A stretch of DNA of 24,000 nt from Azospirillum griseum. Its GTDB lineage: Bacteria > Pseudomonadota > Alphaproteobacteria > Azospirillales > Azospirillaceae. The translations under genes and the position numbers were made by a program. Below the pieces are notes generated by a model that worked only from the letters and a program-made list of their open reading frames with translations, ran no database searches and was not told the DNA's origin. Below are positions 17,175 through 24,000 of the stretch, piece by piece; within the stretch, counting starts at the first letter, position 1, and each line of letters opens with the position of its first letter. Where the stretch lies: NCBI RefSeq assembly GCF_003966125.1, contig NZ_RXMA01000003.1, positions 219,495-243,494 on the forward strand. The letters are read 5' to 3'.

Positions 17175-17280
17175 CCCATCCCCAGTTCGGCACGCCGCTT
17201 GCTCTGTAAGGGGCAAAGGCGGGGTGCGGATCACACAGCTCCTCCATCCCGCCCGACGACGCGAAAGGGAGGATGATGCT

Positions 17281-18759
17281 GTGACGGTTGGCGAGGGAGA
17301 TTCCTGCTTTCTAAACGCGGCGGTGTGGGCCGACCGTGTGTTTGACGGCGCGTGGCGGGTGCCGCAGGGCGGCGCGCGCGAGGTGCGCGAACCGGCGACC
17401 GGCGGCGTCCTGACCCGCGTCGGCATGGCCAACCCGCAGGATGTTGCGGCGGCGGCGCGGGCGGCGGCGGCGGCGCAGCCGGGCTGGGCGGCGCTGCCCG
17501 CGCGCGACCGTGCGGCGGTGTTCCGGCGGGCGGCGGACGCGCTGGAGCGCAACGCTGATGAACTGGTCCGGACCATCGTCCGCGAAACCGGCTCCATCCC
17601 GGGCAAGGGCCAGCACGAGGTGCGGGAGGCCATCACCATCCTGCACCGCGCGGCGGCGATGCCGTTGGAGGCGACCGGCCAGATTCTGCCCGCCGCCCCC
17701 GGTCATCTCAGCCTGGCGCGGCGGGTTCCGCACGGGGTGGTCGGCGTCATCTCCCCCTTCAACTTTCCGCTGATCCTGTCGCTGCGCGCGGTGGCTCCGG
17801 CGCTGGCCGTCGGCAACGCGGTGGTGCTGAAACCCGACCCGCGCACGCCGGTGACGGGCGGCTTCATCATCGCCCGCGCTTTTGAGGAGGCGGGCTTGCC
17901 GCCGGGCGTGCTGCACGTCCTGCCCGGCGGGGCCGACGCGGGCGAGGCGCTGGTGACGGATCCCAACATCCGCATGATCGGTTTCACCGGATCGACCAAC
18001 GTCGGGCGGCGCATCGGCGAATTGGCCGGACGCCATCTGAAGAAAACCGCGCTGGAGCTTGGCGGCAAAAGCGCGCTCATCATCCTGGACGACGCCGATC
18101 TCGATCTGGCCGCGCGCAACGTCGCCTGGGGGGCCTATCTGCACCAGGGCCAGATCTGCATGGCGTCGGGCCGCATCCTGGTGCAGGAGCGCATCGCCCC
18201 GGCGCTGGTCGCGCGCCTGGTGGAAAAGGCCAGCCGCCTGCCGGTCGGCGATCCGGCGACCGGGACCGTGGCGCTCGGCCCGCTGATCGACGAGACCCAG
18301 CGTGACCGCGTTCACGCCATCGTGCAGGACACCGTGGCGGCGGGTGCCCGCCTGGAATCGGGCGGAACCTTCGAAGGGCTGTTCTACCGCCCGACCGTGC
18401 TGTCGGGCGTGCGCCCCGGCATGCGCGCCTTTGAGGAGGAGGTGTTCGGCCCGGTCGCCACCATCGCCACCTTTGCCAACGACGACGAGGCGGTGGCGCT
18501 GGCCAACCGCACCGACTACGGCCTGTCGGGTGCCGTGATCTCCCCCAACCTGGCCCGCGCCATGGCGATTGCGGACCGGCTGAACACCGGCATGGTCCAT
18601 GTCAACGACCAGACCGTGGCCGACGAGTGCGTGAACCCGTTTGCCGGACGCGGGGCGTCGGGCAATGGCGGCGCGGTGGGCGGCCCCGCCGACTGGGAGC
18701 AGTTCACGCAATGGCGCTGGACCACGGTCAAGCCCACCCCGCCCGCCTACCCGTTCTGA
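17281..18759 (+). CDS. NAD(P)+-dependent aldehyde dehydrogenase, benzaldehyde/aryl-aldehyde dehydrogenase-like
   Basis: The product is 492 aa from GTG 17281, preceded by AAGGGAGGA (17264..17272). The track start at GTG 17224 has no RBS. It has the ALDH catalytic motifs ALELGGKSA (Glu) and GQICMASGR (Cys), and its overall layout resembles XylC-type enzymes. Confidence 0.85.
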   Translation: MTVGEGDSCFLNAAVWADRVFDGAWRVPQGGAREVREPATGGVLTRVGMANPQDVAAAARAAAAAQPGWAALPARDRAAVFRRAADALERNADELVRTIVRETGSIPGKGQHEVREAITILHRAAAMPLEATGQILPAAPGHLSLARRVPHGVVGVISPFNFPLILSLRAVAPALAVGNAVVLKPDPRTPVTGGFIIARAFEEAGLPPGVLHVLPGGADAGEALVTDPNIRMIGFTGSTNVGRRIGELAGRHLKKTALELGGKSALIILDDADLDLAARNVAWGAYLHQGQICMASGRILVQERIAPALVARLVEKASRLPVGDPATGTVALGPLIDETQRDRVHAIVQDTVAAGARLESGGTFEGLFYRPTVLSGVRPGMRAFEEEVFGPVATIATFANDDEAVALANRTDYGLSGAVISPNLARAMAIADRLNTGMVHVNDQTVADECVNPFAGRGASGNGGAVGGPADWEQFTQWRWTTVKPTPPAYPF

Positions 18760-18771
18760 GGAGGACCCGGC

Positions 18772-19890
18772 ATGCGCATTCACGCCGCCGTTGCCCGCGT
18801 GCCCAAGGGGCCGCTGTCCATCGAAACCCTGGAGTTGGAAGACCCGCGCGACGACGAGGTGCTGGTCCGCGTCGTGGCGACCGGGGTGTGCCACACCGAT
18901 CTTGTCGTGCGCGACGGCATGCTGCCCACACCGCTGCCGGTGGTGCTGGGGCATGAAGGGGCGGGCGTGGTCGAACGGGTCGGACGGTCCGTCACCAAGG
19001 TCAAGCCGGGCGATCCGGTGGTGATGACCTTCAATTCCTGCGGCACCTGCCCAAGCTGCGCCGACCACGCCCACAGCTATTGCCACGAGTTCTTTCCCCG
19101 CAACTTCTTCGCCGCCCGCCCGGACGGCACGACCGCGCTGTCGCGGGAGGGGGAGCGGATCCACAGCCACTTTTTCGGCCAATCCTCCTTCGCCAGCCAC
19201 GCGCTGTGCCGGGAGCAGAACGTCGTGAAGGTCCCCGCCGACGCGCCGCTGGCGTTGCTGGGGCCGCTGGCCTGCGGCGTGCAGACGGGGGCCGGGGCGG
19301 TGATGAACGCGCTGGAGGTCACGGCGGGTCAATCCATCGCCGTGTTCGGCGCGGGATCGGTCGGGCTGTCGGCGGTGATGGCCGCCCGCGTGGTCGGGGC
19401 CACCACCATCATCGCGGTGGACATCAACGACGCCCGTCTGGATTTCGCGCGCGAGGTGGGGGCCACCCATTGTTTCAACCCACAGGCGGGCAGCGTCGTC
19501 GATCCGATCCTGGCCCTGACCGGCAGCGGGCTGAATCACGCGTTGGACACCACCGGGCGGGCGGCGGTCATCCGCGACGCGATGGCGTGCCTGGCCCCGC
19601 GCGGGCGCTGCGGCGTGCTGGGCGCGTCGCCGATGGGCAGCGAAATCACCCTGGATCAGGTGCATTTCATGAGCGGCGGGCGGCGTCTGATCGGCATCGT
19701 CGAGGGCGACGCCAATTCCGACACCTTCATCCCCACCCTGATCGCGTTGAACCGGCAGGGGCGCTTTCCCTTCGACCGGATGATCCGCGCCTACCCCTTC
19801 TCCGCCATCGACGAGGCGATCCATGACATGGAGGCCGGTCGCACGATCAAGCCGGTCCTGATGATGGAGGCCGCCCCCCCGTCCGCCTGA
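18772..19890 (+). CDS. Zn-dependent aryl-alcohol (benzyl alcohol-type) dehydrogenase
   Basis: The 372-aa product has catalytic Zn ligands GVCHTDL and GHEGAGVVE, a structural Zn cluster CGTCPSCADHAHSYC, and the NAD motif VFGAGSVGLS. It starts 12 nt after the ALDH stop, preceded by GAGGAGGA. Confidence 0.85.
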   Translation: MRIHAAVARVPKGPLSIETLELEDPRDDEVLVRVVATGVCHTDLVVRDGMLPTPLPVVLGHEGAGVVERVGRSVTKVKPGDPVVMTFNSCGTCPSCADHAHSYCHEFFPRNFFAARPDGTTALSREGERIHSHFFGQSSFASHALCREQNVVKVPADAPLALLGPLACGVQTGAGAVMNALEVTAGQSIAVFGAGSVGLSAVMAARVVGATTIIAVDINDARLDFAREVGATHCFNPQAGSVVDPILALTGSGLNHALDTTGRAAVIRDAMACLAPRGRCGVLGASPMGSEITLDQVHFMSGGRRLIGIVEGDANSDTFIPTLIALNRQGRFPFDRMIRAYPFSAIDEAIHDMEAGRTIKPVLMMEAAPPSA

Positions 19891-19988
19891 CCGCAACATC
19901 CGCGTTTTTTGGAGACCAACGAACAAGAAAGGACGCCACCCCAAGGGCCGTCCGCATCCGAAAACCCACACACAGGGAAACGCACCGC

Positions 19989-21662
19989 ATGAAACGGTAT
20001 TTTCTGGCCGGTACGGCGTTGGTCGCCGTCGCCGTTGGCCCCGTGCTGCCCGCGCAGGCCGAAAGCTTCACCTTCGACGACAGCGATTTCAAGATCACCT
20101 GGGACAACACGGTCAAATACAGCACGTCCTATCGGTTGACCGATCCGAAATCGTCGATGCTGACCGACACCAACCTGGACGACGGCAACCGGAATTTCCA
20201 GGCGGGCTTCACCTCCAACCGCGCCGACATCCTGTCGGAACTGACGGTGGGCACCCGCGATTATGGGTTCCGCGCCAGCGGGGCGGCGTGGTTCGACACG
20301 CTCTATCTGCGTGACAACGACAACAATTCCCCGGCCACCGCCAATTCGACCAGCGTGTCCAACAGCCGGTTCACCGGGGCGACCCGCACCGTGCATGGCC
20401 GCAACGTCGAACTGATGGACGCCTTTGCCTATGGCAACGGCACGGTCGGCGACACCCGCGTGTCCGGGCGGTTGGGGCGGCATTCGCTGATCTATGGCGA
20501 GAGTCTGTTCTTCGGGGCCAACGGTGTCGCCGCCGCCCAGCAGCCCATCGACCTCATCAAGCTGTTGAGCGTCCCCAGCACCCCGTTCAAGGAGGTTCTG
20601 CTGCCGGTCTGGCAGGCGTCGGGCAATGTCCAGCTACGCGAAAACCTGTCCGTGGGCGGCTATTACCAACTGCAATGGCGCAAAACGCGCCTGCCGGCGG
20701 CGGGCAGCGCCCTCAGCTCGGCGGATTTCGTCGGGGATGGGGCGGAGCGCATCGTCGTTGGCGGCCCGGTGCTGCCCGGCGGTGGTCCGGCGGCCTTCTG
20801 GCGCGGCCAGGACATCAAGGCGCGCGACAGCGGCCAGTTCGGCGCGCAGGTGCGTTACACCCCGGACGACACCGATTATGAGCTGGGGTTTTACTTCGCC
20901 CAGTATCACGACAAGACGCCGCAGCTCTATTTCGTGCCCAACGCCCGGCCGACGCTGGGGCAGCTTCAATCCGGCAACATCGGCGAACTGCGCCACGTCT
21001 ATGCCGAAAACGTCCGCACGGTCGGGGCCAGCGTCAGCACGGTGGTGGGACGCGCCAACGTGGCGGGCGAGGTGTCCTACCGCTGGAACGCGCCGCTGGT
21101 CAGCGATCCACAAACCGCGCTGCCGGGCGTGCTGGCCGACAACAAGGCCCACCCGCTCTACGCCGTGGGGCGGACGCTGCACGCGCAGGCGTCGGCCATC
21201 TACGCCTTCACCCCGAACAGCTTGTGGGACGGGGCGTCGATCGCCGCTGAAATCGCCTGGAACACGCGGGTCGGCATCGACAAGAACCCGCTGGCGCTCG
21301 ATCCCAACAGCACCAAATCGGCGCTGGGCGTCCGCGCCGTCTTCACCCCGACCTATTTCCAGATCGCCAACGGGCTGGACGTGAACATCCCGATCGGCAT
21401 CGGTTTCAACCCCTATGGCCGCTCGTCCGCCGTCGGCAATTTCAACGGCGGGGCGTCGCGCGGGGGCGACATCAGCATCGGGGCTGACTTCACGTACCAA
21501 TCGACGTGGAATTTCGGCATCAACGCCACCCACTATTTCGGTCCGGCGGGTGTGCTGCTGACCGCCGCCGACCCAACCGCCACACCGGTTCAGAAGCTGA
21601 CCTTCAAACAGACGATGGCGGGGCGCGATTTCATCGGCGCCTACGTGAAGCGTTCCTTCTGA
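19989..21662 (+). CDS. DUF1302-family protein, a predicted large outer-membrane beta-barrel
   Basis: The 557-aa product has a signal peptide (MKRYFLAGTALVAVAVGPVLPAQA/E) and the family-typical N-terminal block FKITWDNTVKYSTSYRL...NLDDGNRNFQAGF...SGAAWFD. It shows alternating beta-strand-like composition and a C-terminal aromatic residue (…YVKRSF), as in BAM substrates. Confidence 0.75.
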   Translation: MKRYFLAGTALVAVAVGPVLPAQAESFTFDDSDFKITWDNTVKYSTSYRLTDPKSSMLTDTNLDDGNRNFQAGFTSNRADILSELTVGTRDYGFRASGAAWFDTLYLRDNDNNSPATANSTSVSNSRFTGATRTVHGRNVELMDAFAYGNGTVGDTRVSGRLGRHSLIYGESLFFGANGVAAAQQPIDLIKLLSVPSTPFKEVLLPVWQASGNVQLRENLSVGGYYQLQWRKTRLPAAGSALSSADFVGDGAERIVVGGPVLPGGGPAAFWRGQDIKARDSGQFGAQVRYTPDDTDYELGFYFAQYHDKTPQLYFVPNARPTLGQLQSGNIGELRHVYAENVRTVGASVSTVVGRANVAGEVSYRWNAPLVSDPQTALPGVLADNKAHPLYAVGRTLHAQASAIYAFTPNSLWDGASIAAEIAWNTRVGIDKNPLALDPNSTKSALGVRAVFTPTYFQIANGLDVNIPIGIGFNPYGRSSAVGNFNGGASRGGDISIGADFTYQSTWNFGINATHYFGPAGVLLTAADPTATPVQKLTFKQTMAGRDFIGAYVKRSF

Positions 21663-21688
21663 ACACCGAATTTCCAGGAGTGTGTTCC

Positions 21689-23047
21689 ATGAAAGTGACC
21701 ATGATTCTGGCCGCCGCCGGTGCGCTGCTGTGCGCTCACAGCGGGACCGCCTTCGCCCTTGTCACCGCCGAGGAGGCGGCGAAGCTGAGCACCAGCCTGA
21801 CCCCGATGGGGGCCGAACGGGCGGGCAACAAGGAGGGGACGATTCCCCGCTGGGAGGGGGGGTACACCAAGCCGTTGCCCGGCTACACCCCCGGTGGCGT
21901 CCGCCCCGATCCCTTCGCCGACGACAAGCCGACCCTGACCATCACCGGCAAGAACGCCGCCCAACACGCGGAAAAATTGAGCGACGGCACCCGCGCGCTG
22001 CTGGCCAAACACCCCGGCCTGCGGCTGGACGTGTACCCCACCCGGCGCAGCGCGGCGGCCCCGCAATGGGTCTATGACAACACCGCCAAGAACGCGACCC
22101 GCGCCAAGCTGACCAACGGCGGCCACGCGGTGGAGGGGGCCTATGGCGGCATTCCCTTTCCCATCCCGACCAACGGCTATGAGGCGATCTGGAACTACCG
22201 CCTGAGCTGGCTGGGCGAGAGCGTGGAATATTCGCTGGGCACCTGGGTGGTGACGCCGGACGGCAACAAGGTCCAGGCGTCGGCGGGCGACGAGTATCTG
22301 CAATACCCCTACAACTACAAGGACGGTTCGCTGGACAGCTACAAGGGGATTTTCCAATACGGCAAATTCATCCAGAGCCGCCCCAGCTCGCGCGCCGGTG
22401 AAGCGATCCTGGTGCATGAATCCTCCAGCGCCGAGAAGGCCCGCGCCATCTGGCAGTATCTGGTCGGTCAGCGCCGGGTGCGCCGCGCCCCGTCGGTCGC
22501 CTACGACACCCCCGATTTCGTCACCTCGGGCGTGGGCTTCTTCGACGAGGCGTTCATGATGTTCGGCCCGGTCGATCACCATGATTTCAAGCTGGTCGGC
22601 AAGAAGGAGATGTATGTCCCCTACAACAACAACCGTGCGGCGGCCGCCGATCCCGACAAGCTGCTCGGCCCGCAGCATCTGAATCCCGATCTGGTCCGCT
22701 GGGAGCTGCACCGCGTGTGGGTGGTGGACGCGACCCTGTCCGACGGCAAGCGCCACGTCGTGCCCAAGCGCCGCTATTACCTGGATGAGGACAGCTGGCA
22801 GATCCTGATGTTCGACGGGTGGGACGCGCAGGGGCAGTTGTGGCGGCACAACTACACCCTGACCCTGCTGGCCCCCGATCTGCCCGCCCTGGTCGGGACG
22901 GTGATGTGGGGTGGCTATGACCTGCGCACCGGGTCCTATTATCTGAACGCGGCGTCGAACGGTCTGCCGACCCAGTACAAGGCGGTCCCGCGCCGCCCGG
23001 CGGACGCCTTCAGCCCCGACGATCTGGCCGGACGCAGCGTCCAGTGA
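21689..23047 (+). CDS. DUF1329-family protein (LolA-like / outer-membrane lipoprotein-sorting-like fold), periplasmic
   Basis: The product is 452 aa from ATG 21689, preceded by AGGAG at 21676..21680. The track's 513-aa version (start 21506) overlaps the preceding gene. It has a signal peptide with an AFA/LV cleavage site and no lipobox. The family-typical motif LTPMGAERAGNKEGTIPRWEGGY is present. Confidence 0.75.
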   Translation: MKVTMILAAAGALLCAHSGTAFALVTAEEAAKLSTSLTPMGAERAGNKEGTIPRWEGGYTKPLPGYTPGGVRPDPFADDKPTLTITGKNAAQHAEKLSDGTRALLAKHPGLRLDVYPTRRSAAAPQWVYDNTAKNATRAKLTNGGHAVEGAYGGIPFPIPTNGYEAIWNYRLSWLGESVEYSLGTWVVTPDGNKVQASAGDEYLQYPYNYKDGSLDSYKGIFQYGKFIQSRPSSRAGEAILVHESSSAEKARAIWQYLVGQRRVRRAPSVAYDTPDFVTSGVGFFDEAFMMFGPVDHHDFKLVGKKEMYVPYNNNRAAAADPDKLLGPQHLNPDLVRWELHRVWVVDATLSDGKRHVVPKRRYYLDEDSWQILMFDGWDAQGQLWRHNYTLTLLAPDLPALVGTVMWGGYDLRTGSYYLNAASNGLPTQYKAVPRRPADAFSPDDLAGRSVQ

Positions 23048-23084
23048 TCGGCCACCCCCTCGCATCTGTTCAGGACGAGCGCGC

Positions 23085-24000
23085 ATGACAACCCGCATTT
23101 CCTTTGGGCGTGGCCCGGTGGCGGCGGTCGCCGTCGCCGGGGCGCTGGCTGCGCTGGCGGTGCCGATGACTGGAACCGTCCGCGCCGAAACCGCGAAAGC
23201 CGAGACCGCCAAAACCGAGGCTGGCGCGTTTCCGGTGCTGACGCAACCGGCGCTGACCACGCCCAAGGCGGCGGGGGCGGCCATGCTGGGCTTGGCCCGC
23301 GCCGGTCAGCGGCTGGTCGCCGTCGGCGAACGCGGCATCATCCTGCTGTCGGATGACCGGGGCGAACGCTGGCGGCAGGCCCGCGTTCCGGTCAGCGTCA
23401 GCCTGACCGCCGTCCGCTTCGTGACGGAGCGGACGGGCTGGGCCGTCGGTCATTTCGGCGTGGTGCTGCGCACCGACGACGGCGGGGAAAGCTGGACGAA
23501 GCAGTTGGACGGGGTGGCGGCGGCGCGGCTGGTTGCGCAAACCGCCGCCGATCTGGTCCGTCTGGGCGCGCCCGACGCGGAGGGCCTGCGCGAGACCTCC
23601 CTGCGACTGGTCGAGGAGGGGCCGGACAAGCCCTTCCTCGACCTCTTTTTCGCCAACGAGCGCGAGGGGATCATCGTCGGAGCCTACAATCTCGCCTTCC
23701 GCACCCAGGATGGCGGACGAAGCTGGACGCCGTGGATGCACCGGCTCGACAACCCCAAGGGGCTGCATCTTTACGGAATCGCCAAAGGGCAGGGACCGGC
23801 GGCGGGCGACCTTTACATCGTGGGGGAGCAGGGGGTGCTGCTGCGCTCCACCGATGGGGGGGAGCGGTTCACCGCCTTGCCCTCTCCCTACAAGGGCAGT
23901 TGGTTCGGCGCGCTGACCACGGCGGACGGCGGCCTGTTGGCCTATGGCCTGCGCGGCAGCCTCTACCGCTCCACCGACCGGGGCGAAAGCTGGACCGCCA
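23085..24000 (+). CDS. BNR/Asp-box beta-propeller protein, Ycf48/photosystem-II-assembly-factor-like. It is exported, and it is partial because it continues past the window end.
   Basis: This ORF is not in the supplied track because it has no stop in the window; I translated it by hand from ATG 23085. It has a signal peptide (…AALAVPMTGTVRA/E). There are five SxDxGxxW-type Asp-boxes: SDDRGERW (23349..23372), TDDGGESW (23472..23495), TQDGGRSW (23703..23726), STDGGERF (23847..23870) and STDRGESW (23970..23993). Confidence 0.7.
   Translation, partial: MTTRISFGRGPVAAVAVAGALAALAVPMTGTVRAETAKAETAKTEAGAFPVLTQPALTTPKAAGAAMLGLARAGQRLVAVGERGIILLSDDRGERWRQARVPVSVSLTAVRFVTERTGWAVGHFGVVLRTDDGGESWTKQLDGVAAARLVAQTAADLVRLGAPDAEGLRETSLRLVEEGPDKPFLDLFFANEREGIIVGAYNLAFRTQDGGRSWTPWMHRLDNPKGLHLYGIAKGQGPAAGDLYIVGEQGVLLRSTDGGERFTALPSPYKGSWFGALTTADGGLLAYGLRGSLYRSTDRGESWTA

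Noticed and set aside
19901-19910. T6 run (CGCGTTTTTT) after the alcohol dehydrogenase stop, considered as a rho-independent terminator
   Set aside because: I could not find a convincing upstream stem; at best there are 3 bp. It is therefore not called, and readthrough into the DUF1302 gene remains plausible.
17311-19971. 886-aa minus-strand ORF antisense to the ALDH and ADH genes
   Set aside because: This is the same high-GC artefact. It spans two independent, well-supported plus-strand genes and their spacer, and it has low-complexity composition.
21506-21688. N-terminal extension of the DUF1329 ORF (track start 21506)
   Set aside because: The extension overlaps the 3' end of the DUF1302 gene in another frame and is Arg-rich. 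The ATG at 21689 is followed by a proper signal peptide and preceded by AGGAG.

Overview
This is a high-GC, gene-dense bacterial window with no rRNA, tRNA, CRISPR or mobile elements. Its gene content and codon bias look alphaproteobacterial. All family calls come from motif recognition in the translated ORFs, because no database search was possible. I read four functional modules. (1) 1..7016: a LacI-regulated acid-sugar locus that matches the L-threonate (four-carbon acid sugar) pathway. It has an ACS-family MFS permease, ltnD, otnI and a DUF1537 kinase (otnK), followed by an exported alpha/beta hydrolase. Three near-identical palindromic operators sit in the divergent promoter. (2) 7064..16983: an MFS transporter, a GlxA/GATase1-AraC regulator (SouR/GbdR-like), and a divergent canonical heterotetrameric sarcosine oxidase operon, soxBDAG-glyA-purU. 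(3) 16984..19890: an unusually AT-rich, palindrome-dense leader followed by an aryl-aldehyde dehydrogenase / Zn aryl-alcohol dehydrogenase pair. (4) 19989..24000: DUF1302 (predicted outer-membrane barrel), DUF1329 (LolA-like periplasmic protein) and a signal-peptide-bearing BNR/Ycf48-like beta-propeller. The propeller ORF runs off the right edge and is missing from the supplied ORF track. Module 4 is the best candidate for a poorly understood system: a conserved envelope machine of unknown mechanism, here physically coupled to alcohol/aldehyde oxidation. The many long antisense ORFs in the track are high-GC artefacts.
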